A stretch of DNA of 64,000 nucleotides from a virus (taxonomy: Duplodnaviria; Heunggongvirae; Uroviricota; Caudoviricetes), in IMG/VR virus record IMGVR_UViG_3300014208_000030, positions 104,076-168,075 of that record; one strand, written 5' to 3'. The position numbers were made by a program, and so were the translations under genes. The notes under the pieces are model-generated. The model worked only from the letters and a program-made list of their open reading frames with translations, was not told where the DNA came from and made no database searches. Of the stretch, positions 17,988 to 27,724 are shown in pieces. Numbering within the stretch: position 1 is the first letter of the stretch; the number at the start of each line of letters is the position of its first letter.

Positions 17988-18332
17988 TCATAATTCTGTT
18001 CCTTTAATTTGTCTATACTGCACTTCAGTACCAAAGAATTCATCACACCACATATCCAGTTCTTCTCTAACACTAGTGCTCAGGTGCACTTCGCTAGTAA
18101 TTCTGAACTTTGGCTCGATGCTCTCTATTGCGTCGATCTTTTTTATGAAAATTTTGTTCTTATGGTCTGCTCGGTAGTATTCGGAGCAAAATGGTAGCTC
18201 GTGGCACTCTACACCACTATTGTCGCACTCATCGCTACCAACACACCCAATACATTGCGCATTGGTGCTATCTACAGGTACGTACTGAGTTCCTCTTATT
18301 GTCACGGTACCCATTTCTTTTGTAATATCCAT
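17988..18332 (-). CDS. hypothetical Cys-rich protein (114 aa)
   Basis: ORF; CIGCVGSDECDNSGVECHELPFC. Confidence 0.5.
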   Translation of the reverse strand: MDITKEMGTVTIRGTQYVPVDSTNAQCIGCVGSDECDNSGVECHELPFCSEYYRADHKNKIFIKKIDAIESIEPKFRITSEVHLSTSVREELDMWCDEFFGTEVQYRQIKGTEL

Positions 18333-18391
18333 AATCTTTCTCTCTGTGGTTTGCTTAATGTGCAGAAATTATAGCAGATTAATCGCAAAAG

Positions 18392-18913
18392 TCAATCTTT
18401 AATGTTTGCTGGGCAGCAATTAAATGGGTCGCCAATATCATCTGACCGCCCATCAGACTCAGCAATATCGATAACACCAGCCGATATTAAATGTTGCTCA
18501 AATTCCTTGGTGCTCATTGTATCGGTGGTTGCCTTCGCAATTTCAGCCATCGCATTCATCTGGTTGTGCAAGATTTCCCTAGCCATAACACTTTGATTTT
18601 TGTACGCCGTGCGGTCAAGCCCATTAGCGGCACACCAAACATTATTCATCTGGTGCATAACACCCAGCAAGAAACGGCGCAGATCATTCGGAGTAAGGAT
18701 GTCGCCACAAATCAGGTCTCTACCTTCATGTATGGTTTCTAAGTCAGCAATACATGCATGGATGGTTTCTAGGTTATCATCGGTAAGGTTAAATTCGTTC
18801 ATGTCCGCCAAGATTTTCACTCTATCTTTCATCCCATATCCCATTCGGCAAATGCTGCATTTATTTTGGCCATCAATATCGTTCCGCACGCGGCACCATC
18901 GGTGGTTTCCCAT
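18392..18913 (-). CDS. hypothetical protein (173 aa, start uncertain)
   Basis: ORF. Confidence 0.45.
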   Translation of the reverse strand: MGNHRWCRVRNDIDGQNKCSICRMGYGMKDRVKILADMNEFNLTDDNLETIHACIADLETIHEGRDLICGDILTPNDLRRFLLGVMHQMNNVWCAANGLDRTAYKNQSVMAREILHNQMNAMAEIAKATTDTMSTKEFEQHLISAGVIDIAESDGRSDDIGDPFNCCPANIKD

Positions 18914-19006
18914 AAGCCATCGGGAGACTCGGCCTTCGTCTCATACATTCCACACAAGATATCGTTTATTTCCATTCGGAGGTCTTCTATTAACGGGTTT
19001 GCCATA

Positions 19007-19270
19007 CTAACCTCTCTGATGATCAGGGAAGGAATCCCTAGGAATTGTTAAATAATCTTTCTTAGCTAGTGGTGGCGTTGGGAATGATACGCCAATCTTG
19101 AAATTCGACCCATAACTTTCGTAAAGATTTGTTTCTGTGTTGTACACAGGAGGCACTGAGACGTAAATTGGCTCAAGTGACGACATCTGAATGTGATGCA
19201 ATTCACACAGTGCCTGTAAATCTACCAAAAATCGTTTCTCAACTTCGTTGTGAGTTAGGCATTTAGGCAT
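19007..19270 (-). CDS. hypothetical protein (87 aa)
   Basis: ORF. Confidence 0.4.
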   Translation of the reverse strand: MPKCLTHNEVEKRFLVDLQALCELHHIQMSSLEPIYVSVPPVYNTETNLYESYGSNFKIGVSFPTPPLAKKDYLTIPRDSFPDHQRG

Positions 19271-19360
19271 CTTTCCCCCATTTCGCTAACTTCAATCCAA
19301 ATAAAATTCCGCCAATAAAAATTGCCGATGTATATGAGCAAAATACTATTAGCTCTACCA

Positions 19361-19861
19361 TCATGACGGAAAATCCCCTCGGTCGGTGAGGTGCAAATTG
19401 CGCTTGATCGTCTCTACCTCATATAGGTGAGCTAGCATCATCTGAATACAGTCCGTTGGGGTATTCTTTTTCCAAAGATAGTTACAGTAGAATTCCACAC
19501 CGACAGAATTCTGTACAGCAAGGTAAATCTCAACATCTTTTTTCATAATCGCCTGTATGCAGCCATAGTACATTACCGTATATGTGGTACCATCACCATA
19601 TTCTGCTTCTGATCGTTTACCGGCTGGCATGAATGGGCTATCCTCCGGCTCCGATGTCTCCCCATAATCCTTCGGCCTAAACCCCAATTCTATGAGATAT
19701 TGCACAGTATCTGGGTAAAATTCGGTTACAAAATCAACATCGGTGCCGTCCTCCAGTGGGATCATAACCGGATCGATAGAATTCCAATATCTCGATCCGG
19801 TTAGGTGAAAGCGGCTATCTCCCCATAATTTTGTAACTACATCTCTTTCTTCACTTGTCAT
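19361..19861 (-). CDS. hypothetical protein (166 aa)
   Basis: ORF. Confidence 0.5.
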   Translation of the reverse strand: MTSEERDVVTKLWGDSRFHLTGSRYWNSIDPVMIPLEDGTDVDFVTEFYPDTVQYLIELGFRPKDYGETSEPEDSPFMPAGKRSEAEYGDGTTYTVMYYGCIQAIMKKDVEIYLAVQNSVGVEFYCNYLWKKNTPTDCIQMMLAHLYEVETIKRNLHLTDRGDFPS

Positions 19862-19892
19862 AATAAATTTCTCATTATATAATTGTTAAAGG

Positions 19893-20573
19893 TTAATCCA
19901 AAAATCCTACAGTCGGCGGGATATCATCCGCATATTCTAACTCATCTGACTGCGTAATGTCAATCATTTGTTTCAATTCTTCTGCTGCGATATGTTTCTT
20001 CAGGGCAATTTCTTCCGCTAGCGCTTCATGCTTTGCCTGCATTTTCGCATCATATTCCTCGTATTCATTACCGGACATCTCTTGTAAAATGCCTTTCAAC
20101 TCTTCTGTAAAGTTTTCGGTGTCATGTTCCTGTATATCGACAAACACATCCCAGCTCTGGGCAATATACTTCTGTTTTCGGTACATGACTCGCTTTTCTA
20201 TGCCAATGCGCTTAACAAAGGCTTGACAAATAATTTGCGTAAGGTAGCCGAAGGCACCCGCAGTCTTTTTGCCAGTCCGTTTGGATATGGTGTTTTCATC
20301 GTAATTGTGAAAATAGCGGAAGGCTATTTCGATGCCATCGCTGATCATTTCGTCTTTGAAACTGTAGTTGACAAAGCTTGGCATGTTGGAGGATTTTTGT
20401 GCAATGAGGATGATGCATTCGCCTAGATAGTTCGACATCTGAGGCTTTGGGAGTCCATTAGCCTTACTATCGTTGTATTGGCGCACATACTCCGTTGCTT
20501 CTAGGTTGAGCTTTACTTTGTCTACATAATAACGCTTTTTCTGATCGGTTGGTGTAGTATTGTCCGTCGGCAT
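19893..20573 (-). CDS. 55: late-transcription sigma factor, T4 gp55 homolog
   Basis: Recalled alignment to T4 gp55: LGECIILIAQ...SFKDEMISDGIEIAFRYFHNYDEN...ICQAFVKRIGIEKR vs T4 IGLAIMLIAE...[24 protein letters not shown]...CFNAFVQRIKKERK; RBS gaaggaacag upstream. Confidence 0.7.
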   Translation of the reverse strand: MPTDNTTPTDQKKRYYVDKVKLNLEATEYVRQYNDSKANGLPKPQMSNYLGECIILIAQKSSNMPSFVNYSFKDEMISDGIEIAFRYFHNYDENTISKRTGKKTAGAFGYLTQIICQAFVKRIGIEKRVMYRKQKYIAQSWDVFVDIQEHDTENFTEELKGILQEMSGNEYEEYDAKMQAKHEALAEEIALKKHIAAEELKQMIDITQSDELEYADDIPPTVGFLD

Positions 20574-20589
20574 AGCTGGCTGTTCCTTC

Positions 20590-20640
20590 TTGTTTTAAAA
20601 TAAGAGAGAATTGTGCGCAAGTTTCCTACACGCACAATTC
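20590..20640 (-). terminator. rho-independent terminator (10-bp stem gaattgtgcg/cgcacaattc + U-tract) just upstream of gene 55
   Basis: stem 20608-20617 / 20631-20640, U-run on - strand (ctctcttatttt). Confidence 0.6.
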
Positions 20641-20704
20641 AGAACAACCATTATAACACAATACAAAAAAATGTCAATGATTATTAATCATTTGTCAAGT
20701 CTTT

Positions 20705-20992
20705 TTATGTGTGCATATATAATGAGTCGTAGTCGGCACTGAATACAACACCACAGCGCAGCAGATAGATAACATCATCTTCGGTAGCGACTTCGGCAAA
20801 GTCATCACAGCTGGTTGAGAGATAGATAACATCATGCTCTGCTGCAGTAACCATATCGCCTTTTTCTGGGACTATCTGGTCTAGCTTAATAAACGCACAT
20901 ATATCTGGGCGGTGATGCAGCTTGTCCTCAACTCTATCAAATTCCAGATACTCACTTTCGTGGGTCTCGAATAACGCATATACATCAATCAT
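20705..20992 (-). CDS. hypothetical acidic protein (95 aa)
   Basis: ORF, 4-nt overlap with ligase gene end. Confidence 0.45.
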   Translation of the reverse strand: MIDVYALFETHESEYLEFDRVEDKLHHRPDICAFIKLDQIVPEKGDMVTAAEHDVIYLSTSCDDFAEVATEDDVIYLLRCGVVFSADYDSLYMHT

Positions 20993-22845
20993 TTAATCAT
21001 CTCCAAATATTCATCTTCTGTTAGTACTACCACACCATGTTTTACTGCGGCATTTGTTTTTGCTGCACCTACGTTTGCGCCACAGACCAGATAGTCTGTT
21101 TTACTGCTAACTGAGCTGCCCACATTTGCGCCGAGTGCTTTTGCCTGTCTCGTCATCTCATCACGAGAGCCACGCACCATTGTGCCAGTAAAGCATATGG
21201 ATTTACCGGCTACTGACCCCGATACGACTGTTTCTGATGTGAGTGGCGTTTCCGATAGGTTGAATCCCAGTCTCATCAACCAATCAAACTCTGGCTTGAT
21301 CTTTGCGAGTGAGCTCACCAAATATTCCGCAGTTAACTCAGCGAAGCCATCGATCTTGATGATGTCTTCGACCGTCAATGCAAACACATCTGCGAGTTTG
21401 TGGTGACGTAAAAGCTTTTCGCAGCCACCCTTGCCAATGTTATTCAGAGAAAATGATGCCAAAAACCGCCAGTCTTCAATTTCTCGCAAAATGCTTTGTG
21501 ATAATTCATTAAACAGATTCTCTGACGTCTTCCCACCAAAACCTGCCTCGTCAAAATCATTTACATCCATAGCGTAAATTGATCGTACGGAGTTATATCC
21601 TGCTGAGTTTAGTTGTTCAATTACTTTTGGCCCAAACCCATCGATGTTGCCAAGTGTCTTAAAGAAGAACTCTATGGTGCGCTCTACCTGAGCTGGGCAG
21701 TCAATTGTATTGCTGCAAAAGAGATTATCACCATCTACTTCAGTAGGTGCTCCGCAGCTTGGGCATGCTTCTGGAGGATATACTGCTTCGGCTCCTTTGA
21801 CGACGCCAACAATATAGGGTATTACGAGGCCACTACGACACACTCTGACAATTGCGCCAGCGTCTATCATCTTACTCATAACGTTGCCAAAATTATGCCC
21901 AGTGGCCTTGGAAACTGTTGCACCAGAGATTTCTGTCGGCTCCAGATGCACAACTGGCGTCAGCCTACCAGTTTTTGCCGTTTGCCATATTAAGCCAAGT
22001 ACCGGTATATCAAAAAACTCCTCATTTTTCTTATAGGCAATTTGCCAGCGGTGGTGATGGTTAGTTGCGCCCATTTCTTCTTTAATTGCTGGGTGAACTG
22101 CCTCGATAACAAGACCATCTGTATCGAATTCACAATCGCGCACTACCTCATCCCACATGAGCTCAAGGTCGCGAAGAAGTTCAGTCTTCGTCTTGGTGAA
22201 ACTATGAATTTCTGAGAATGTGCAGAACACGACCGCACCATAGGCCACCGCATTCTTGATGCGCTCATCTAACTCGCCTTCTTTTATAACACCAGCAATG
22301 ATGTTTCTGGTATTTTTGTAGTATGGTGCCAACTCTTCTTCAAAATACTCTTTATTGACAACGATCTCACCGGCACCTTCTCTGCGGATAATTAAGCCGC
22401 GATGGAATGCTCTGGTAATGTCTGTGCCGCGCACACCATTGCCGCGAGTATACAGTGCCTTGCCATCATTATACGCAGCAAATCCGTCGAGCTTTGGCGT
22501 AACGCGAAAAACAACTTCGGACTCACCCATGCGCATCTGGCTGGCGACCGCTAATACATCAGTTGCCCATTTTTCTATTTCGGCAATAGAGTAGGCTTTG
22601 TCTGTAGACAACATCTTCTGTGGCAAGGTTACTGTCTTACCTTCTATTGCCTCTAAGTCAGATTCAACCTCAGACTCGGCGAAGAATTTGTTGTTGGGGA
22701 ATTGCTCTGCGTAAGTGGCTTTCATTGCATCGTATGCTGCATCAGTTACAATAGGATGCCCACCCCTATAGCGTGCATTGAGCTCTCTTGCATAAGCTTC
22801 GGCATCAGCCTCGCTAATATCCACTGCTGTGGTCATTTCAATCAT
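20989..22845 (-). CDS. ligA: NAD+-dependent DNA ligase (LigA family)
   Basis: Adenylation motif VTPKLDGFAAYNDG; C4 zinc finger CPSCGAPTEVDGDNLFCSNTIDCPAQ; C-terminal BRCT (SICFTGTMVRG...LVCGANVGAAK); 618 aa. Confidence 0.9.
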   Translation of the reverse strand: MIEMTTAVDISEADAEAYARELNARYRGGHPIVTDAAYDAMKATYAEQFPNNKFFAESEVESDLEAIEGKTVTLPQKMLSTDKAYSIAEIEKWATDVLAVASQMRMGESEVVFRVTPKLDGFAAYNDGKALYTRGNGVRGTDITRAFHRGLIIRREGAGEIVVNKEYFEEELAPYYKNTRNIIAGVIKEGELDERIKNAVAYGAVVFCTFSEIHSFTKTKTELLRDLELMWDEVVRDCEFDTDGLVIEAVHPAIKEEMGATNHHHRWQIAYKKNEEFFDIPVLGLIWQTAKTGRLTPVVHLEPTEISGATVSKATGHNFGNVMSKMIDAGAIVRVCRSGLVIPYIVGVVKGAEAVYPPEACPSCGAPTEVDGDNLFCSNTIDCPAQVERTIEFFFKTLGNIDGFGPKVIEQLNSAGYNSVRSIYAMDVNDFDEAGFGGKTSENLFNELSQSILREIEDWRFLASFSLNNIGKGGCEKLLRHHKLADVFALTVEDIIKIDGFAELTAEYLVSSLAKIKPEFDWLMRLGFNLSETPLTSETVVSGSVAGKSICFTGTMVRGSRDEMTRQAKALGANVGSSVSSKTDYLVCGANVGAAKTNAAVKHGVVVLTEDEYLEMIK

Positions 22846-22859
22846 AATATATCCCTCTT

Positions 22860-22896
22860 GTTTTAAAATAAGAAGGGTATCGTGACGATACCCTTC
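22860..22896 (-). terminator. rho-independent terminator (11-bp stem gaagggtatcg/cgatacccttc, loop tga, U-tract)
   Basis: perfect hairpin 22872-22896; followed on - strand by cttatttt then the ligase RBS gaggga. Confidence 0.7.
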
Positions 22897-22905
22897 TATG
22901 GTTAC

Positions 22906-23241
22906 TTAGTCACACCCACAGCTACTACTCCCACAATCGCTACTGGATGATGAACTGCAATCACTGCTGCTACCATAATACGATGGTGTATAATCATATG
23001 ATGGTGACTCACTGCGTTTGCTTGGTTCAGCATTGGTAGTGTTGTATGTATCTGGAACATACGTACTGATCGGCACCGGTTTTGGCACATGTCGCGAAGC
23101 GCGACCAACAGCCTGTGGATTTTTACTAGGCGTAGTTGAAGCTTTCGGGACAGCTATCTGTACATTACCACTCCCCAATATACTGACTTGGGTAACCGGT
23201 TTCTTATCGCCAAAAAAGAACGACATAATTCTTTTGAACAT
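22906..23241 (-). CDS. hypothetical Ser/Cys-rich protein (start MFKRIMSFFF)
   Basis: ORF ending just before the terminator hairpin; C-terminal SSSDCSSSSSSDCGSSSCGCD. Confidence 0.4.
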   Translation of the reverse strand: MFKRIMSFFFGDKKPVTQVSILGSGNVQIAVPKASTTPSKNPQAVGRASRHVPKPVPISTYVPDTYNTTNAEPSKRSESPSYDYTPSYYGSSSDCSSSSSSDCGSSSCGCD

Positions 23242-23534
23242 AGATTCTCCTAACAATGGAAGCAATTTGTGTGGGTTCTTTTAATATCCCAAAATAACCA
23301 AAAAAGGTCGATTGACAAAAGATACTGCTGACCAGTATCGTACGAGGCGCATTGGACTATCTGCTATGTCGCAGTCCGCAAGGGTAGCGCGGTGTTTAAG
23401 GTGACCCAAAATAATGGCTCCTTCATCCAAAAACTATTCCCAATATCTTTCTTTAGCGTGTGCCCTCTGTCGTTCAGTACCGCTGCTGTAACTGAAATGA
23501 TAGTATATCAGCTTTACCATATTGTGTCAATGTG

Positions 23535-24557
23535 TTATTTCTCTTTTAGCAAAAATTCGTTGTTAATAATCTTGAAGCTGAACTCACCATCGAGACGCTT
23601 AAGGACAATTCCTTCTCGCACGGGATGGCGCAATGATGCACCCTCAGCAAGTTTCAGGAGCTCATCGATATTATCCGTTGGAAGCACAAACTCATAATCT
23701 AACACCGGAACATGGTGCCCATTGTATCCAAGATCAAATAGGGCATCTAAGACCGCATGGCGCTCCATCGGTGCCAAATACTTTTGCGCATCAATATCCC
23801 AAATTTTGTAGGTGAATAGCGTATGATCTTCCAAATTTTCTCGGTTTGATTGCACACCAATTCCCATCAACTCACTCTGAACAGCAATATTCCTACCAAA
23901 TGCAGTTAGTGCTTGGATTAGGCCAGATGTATGCGCAGCAGTTACAAATGCATTACCTTCCTGCTCAACAACCAGCTCAATATTTCTGCTACAAACACCA
24001 TTAGCACCATCTTTGTGGTATACGGTGCATGAGCTACCATCAAGCTTCAGAGTCATTTCGAAAACATCACCATTGGCAAACGCTTGGGTAATTTCTTTCT
24101 TGATGTTCTGGATGCGCTCTTCGTCAGTCTTCCTGATGAAATACGGAAAATTCCCACGCTGCTTGCCAGCAAGCTGTGCATTAACTGGTGCTTCCCATTT
24201 CATGATGCCAAGCACATCGGTTAGATCATCGCCACCGGCAACTTCCCCAAAATCAAACTGGCTCAGTGGGAATAGCAAGCCCTGGGAAAGCTGTTTCTTA
24301 AGCTTGATGCTTCTCAGCTTCTCACCCTTAACACCAAGATATTCCCTTGGTTCTTTGCCTTTTGACAAGAACGGTGCCATCTCGGTGGGAATCCAGCTGT
24401 CAGGCTCCGCATACACTACTAACTCGCCGACCGCGTATTTCCCAACCGAGTCAATAACCCACCACCCATCTACTCGGTAGGCACATATTCTGTCTGCGCC
24501 ATCAATTGCCTTAATTTCTGCAATGGTTCTTACCGTAACTAATTTTCTATCACTCAT
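23535..24557 (-). CDS. ATP-dependent RNA ligase, Rnl5/DraRnl-like (N-terminal OB-like domain + nucleotidyltransferase)
   Basis: KxDG adenylation motif KLDGSSCTVYHKDG at ~aa 172 after a ~170-aa N-terminal domain, as in Deinococcus/Naegleria Rnl5; 340 aa. Confidence 0.6.
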   Translation of the reverse strand: MSDRKLVTVRTIAEIKAIDGADRICAYRVDGWWVIDSVGKYAVGELVVYAEPDSWIPTEMAPFLSKGKEPREYLGVKGEKLRSIKLKKQLSQGLLFPLSQFDFGEVAGGDDLTDVLGIMKWEAPVNAQLAGKQRGNFPYFIRKTDEERIQNIKKEITQAFANGDVFEMTLKLDGSSCTVYHKDGANGVCSRNIELVVEQEGNAFVTAAHTSGLIQALTAFGRNIAVQSELMGIGVQSNRENLEDHTLFTYKIWDIDAQKYLAPMERHAVLDALFDLGYNGHHVPVLDYEFVLPTDNIDELLKLAEGASLRHPVREGIVLKRLDGEFSFKIINNEFLLKEK

Positions 24558-24571
24558 TAAACCTCCAATTA

Positions 24572-24778
24572 TTATAAAGACCTTCCCAACAACCTAGCCA
24601 AATTAAGCCAGTAATCATATCCCTGTGGAGTATCAGGCCACACAAATGCAAATGCCAGTATGTTTGTCTCTTCGAAAGTAGCAAGTAGCCTTGCATCGCC
24701 ACGCATATACAATGCCGCATAGACATCAAGTTCGGCAACTTGTCCGATCAAGTTTAAATACTGCTCAGATGTGCCCAT
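24572..24778 (-). CDS. hypothetical small protein, tandem paralog (start MGTSEQYLNL)
   Basis: shares ..LIG.VA..DV.AALYMRG....FVW...PQG.DYW with 24765-25007. Confidence 0.4.
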   Translation of the reverse strand: MGTSEQYLNLIGQVAELDVYAALYMRGDARLLATFEETNILAFAFVWPDTPQGYDYWLNLARLLGRSL

Positions 24779-25007
24779 GTTCTCTCCGATATAGTTCTTC
24801 CGAAATGGATTCCCAGTAATCCCGCCCTTGGGGAGCCATATACCATACAAATGCTCCAGCTAAGCAGTCACTATAGCAGAAGCTGATACTGTATCTGCTG
24901 GAATAGGACTCGGCATCGAGTGCCACACCACGCATATATAGAGCCGCCACGACATCAACTTTAGCGACTCGACCAATTAGGTCGTAGTACCCTTCAACAC
25001 CAATCAT
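24765..25007 (-). CDS. hypothetical small protein, tandem paralog
   Basis: paralog of 24572-24778. Confidence 0.4.
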   Translation of the reverse strand: MIGVEGYYDLIGRVAKVDVVAALYMRGVALDAESYSSRYSISFCYSDCLAGAFVWYMAPQGRDYWESISEELYRREHGHI

Positions 25008-25038
25008 ATTTCTCTCTCTTATTTTAGAATAAAAACGG

Positions 25039-25302
25039 CTACCACAAGTCTAGGGTGGTTAGCTCGCGTGGTTGCCAGCGCACCTGACCGGCTCGATAGG
25101 CAATCTCTGCTGCGTCTGCCCGATTAACAAAGACGCCTTCGTTGGTGAGGAATCCCTCAACAGCAGGAGCCGCGTTATCTGCATATATCATTGACCTGAT
25201 AGCAGTGTGTCGTGCCGGTTGTTCTCTGGTTCGTAATACATCATTGGAATCTATGATAGCCGCAGCTACAATAAATGGCTCTACTATTTTTGGTGTAGTC
25301 AT
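25039..25302 (-). CDS. hypothetical protein (87 aa)
   Basis: ORF. Confidence 0.45.
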   Translation of the reverse strand: MTTPKIVEPFIVAAAIIDSNDVLRTREQPARHTAIRSMIYADNAAPAVEGFLTNEGVFVNRADAAEIAYRAGQVRWQPRELTTLDLW

Positions 25303-25535
25303 AGCACTATCTCATCTGCTGTGATGCAATCGTTGTTGAATTGCGAAAGCTCATGGCAATATTTTGCTTTGGTGCGCTTTCTCTCTCGCTTGGCGACAGC
25401 TTTTGCCAATCGTTCTGGATCATCTTTCCAGTCGGATACCGATGGCTCTCCAACAATGGCATCCATACTGATACCCATAGATGCGGAAATTAATGCCATA
25501 GTGGCTACGCTCGGTTTAATGTTTGGTGCATTCAT
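25299..25535 (-). CDS. hypothetical protein (78 aa)
   Basis: ORF, 4-nt overlap. Confidence 0.45.
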   Translation of the reverse strand: MNAPNIKPSVATMALISASMGISMDAIVGEPSVSDWKDDPERLAKAVAKRERKRTKAKYCHELSQFNNDCITADEIVL

Positions 25536-25621
25536 ATATTATGTCCTCTGTATTGTTGTAATCTCTTTAGGTGAAGTCGACATTATACATTATTTCTGGC
25601 TATTGTCAATATTTGCAGAAG

Positions 25622-25629
25622 TATAAATA
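25622..25629 (+). promoter_or_regulatory. T4-type late promoter TATAAATA
   Basis: gTATAAATAaaggatacacaaccaatataaaggactactaaATG; identical cassette upstream of 31766 and 37271. Confidence 0.75.
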
Positions 25630-25661
25630 AAGGATACACAACCAATATAAAGGACTACTAA

Positions 25662-27593
25662 ATGCCTATTTCTGCCCACGAACGCCACCTGATGAACGGT
25701 GGCTTGTTGCGCCCTGTCTCAAAGTCACTTGCAGACACCACAATTCACCCATTCGCAACCCTTGCCGCAAGACCGACTGCGTCGGAATTCGGAGTTGGTC
25801 ATGCGAGTATTGTTACAGCAACATACCGCATCAACTGTTCATCGGATGGCGTTAGCTGGGATAGTCACGGATCGAGTAGCTCAATTGCGGACAGGCCGAG
25901 TGCTGCTGCGCTTGGGAAAGGGAGTTGGCAGGATGGAGCGAATATTTATAGCTGCGATGGAGTAGGCTATGCATTAGTTGGTAGTGCAGACCCATCTACT
26001 TTTACAAATATTTTAGTAAATGGTGATAGCACATCAGTTAGGAATATTTTGGACGGTTGGTGGAAAACATCGGGCGGAGGAACGATAGCGATCAATGTCA
26101 CGGTAGGTGATATTCAGCAGTCATGTCACGCTGATTTAACGGCTGGCTCAGTAGGATATTTAAACTTCCGTGCATCAGACCAGAGCTACCAGTGGAGAGC
26201 GCCAGGCGATGACAGTTACGGCCCGTGGGTTGCTACTGTGCCAAACACGCGAGTAAGACTGGAGTCATCAAGCGCCAATAAATCGTGTTTTGTGGGTGTT
26301 ACTGGACTATCTGCTATTGACGTAAATGCACAAGCCATCACGATATCTTCAGGTTCTCCAACTATAACTGTGTCGGACGATGGCCTTGAGTCTATTCTAA
26401 GATATTTTAGGATTGACTTATCAAATGTCGCGAAACACGGAGTGGGCGGAACAACTATAGCGACTATGCTGCAATCACTGCCCTATATCAACTTAAATTA
26501 CGGCGGAGCTGGGCTAGATATAACCAGTTTAGGAATAAATGATGGCGCCACGACAACCGACGAAGCAACCACAAAATTAGCGCAGTATGCAGCATATATC
26601 GATTCAAGACTTGCGAATGGCAGGACTATTATATGGGTTGGAGTTAAGGGAAGAACTACGGGGGCAGGTGCTGCATATAACGCTTGGGGGACTACATTCC
26701 TAACTTCCTTCAATCTTGAATTTCAGCGTAGATTACATGGATTATTGCTAGAATACGCAAGAAACTTTCCGAGCACATTTAAGTATGTAAATACACTAAG
26801 TGATTTCATGGATGCGGGGTATTTGGATTTCAGACCTAAGGTATCAACCGATAACTGGGTTACTACAGATACTGTACACCAATCAGCACTCGGAGGACAG
26901 TTGATTGCTATTAATGCAGTAACCACAGCTAAGGACATCATTAAATACGGCGATGATTACTCCGATAATAGTAATAATTTACTCGGCACAATGGGTATTT
27001 ATACTGGCACAACAGCCGTAGTATCGGCGGCATCGGGACAGTCGGGTGTATTGCCAACTGGGATAATCGCCAATCCTGGCGGCTCGATTGATGGGACATG
27101 CGTTTATAGTGTAGTGCAAAGATCAACTAATATTGCCAGTTATGCGGCTATAACCGGGAAGAAACAGTTCAATGCTATAAAAATGGTTATGTCAAATGGA
27201 GTTGCAGCGCCACTTGGATTCTATGGGATAAAGGGAAGCACTGCATCGTGGACAGGTACGCTTATTGGGTTAGCAGCTGGAGATTTAATCAGGGTTGGTG
27301 TTTATCTCGACTCACTAAGCGCTGAAGTTCATGGTATTGCATTTAAGTGGAATTATGTTGGTGTAACTCCGCAAAATAATATATATACTCCAGACCAAGG
27401 TGGACAGACTAACTCACCCGGTATGCTGGCCTTCTCTGATACAAGATTATATGTTAGTCCATGGTTTGCTGTTTCTGCTAATTTTCTAGCAACAAATAGT
27501 TTTTTACCTGATTTTAGAGTATATCCAAAAGCTGGTGCAACTGGGGTAGAGTTAAATATTGGGCCTATGTTTATTGAAAAATACCCCGTATAA
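25662..27593 (+). CDS. receptor-binding / tail-fibre-like protein, paralog 1 (643 aa)
   Basis: N-terminal ~90 aa (MPISAHERHLMNGGLLRPVSKSLADTTIHPF...GKGSWQ) near-identical to two other genes; divergent Gly/Thr/Ser-rich C-terminus; late promoter. Confidence 0.65.
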   Translation: MPISAHERHLMNGGLLRPVSKSLADTTIHPFATLAARPTASEFGVGHASIVTATYRINCSSDGVSWDSHGSSSSIADRPSAAALGKGSWQDGANIYSCDGVGYALVGSADPSTFTNILVNGDSTSVRNILDGWWKTSGGGTIAINVTVGDIQQSCHADLTAGSVGYLNFRASDQSYQWRAPGDDSYGPWVATVPNTRVRLESSSANKSCFVGVTGLSAIDVNAQAITISSGSPTITVSDDGLESILRYFRIDLSNVAKHGVGGTTIATMLQSLPYINLNYGGAGLDITSLGINDGATTTDEATTKLAQYAAYIDSRLANGRTIIWVGVKGRTTGAGAAYNAWGTTFLTSFNLEFQRRLHGLLLEYARNFPSTFKYVNTLSDFMDAGYLDFRPKVSTDNWVTTDTVHQSALGGQLIAINAVTTAKDIIKYGDDYSDNSNNLLGTMGIYTGTTAVVSAASGQSGVLPTGIIANPGGSIDGTCVYSVVQRSTNIASYAAITGKKQFNAIKMVMSNGVAAPLGFYGIKGSTASWTGTLIGLAAGDLIRVGVYLDSLSAEVHGIAFKWNYVGVTPQNNIYTPDQGGQTNSPGMLAFSDTRLYVSPWFAVSANFLATNSFLPDFRVYPKAGATGVELNIGPMFIEKYPV

Positions 27594-27614
27594 GCGCTTA
27601 TGTAATGAAATAAA

Positions 27615-27716
27615 TTGCTGCTAGTCGCCCGATTAGCAGCAAGCTTTCAAACTCGGAAAACCCAGCAAATTCACAGTTCGGCAAGGCTTAGAATTAACAA
27701 CATCCGGAAACAAAGC
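27615..27716. repeat. ~100-bp conserved 3' flank of RBP cassette (hairpin ttgctgcta/tagcagcaa + tttcaaactcggaaaacccagcaaattc...agaattaacaacatccgg), copy 1
   Basis: second copy at 38723-38812 downstream of paralog 3. Confidence 0.8.
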
Positions 27717-27724
27717 TCCCAACA

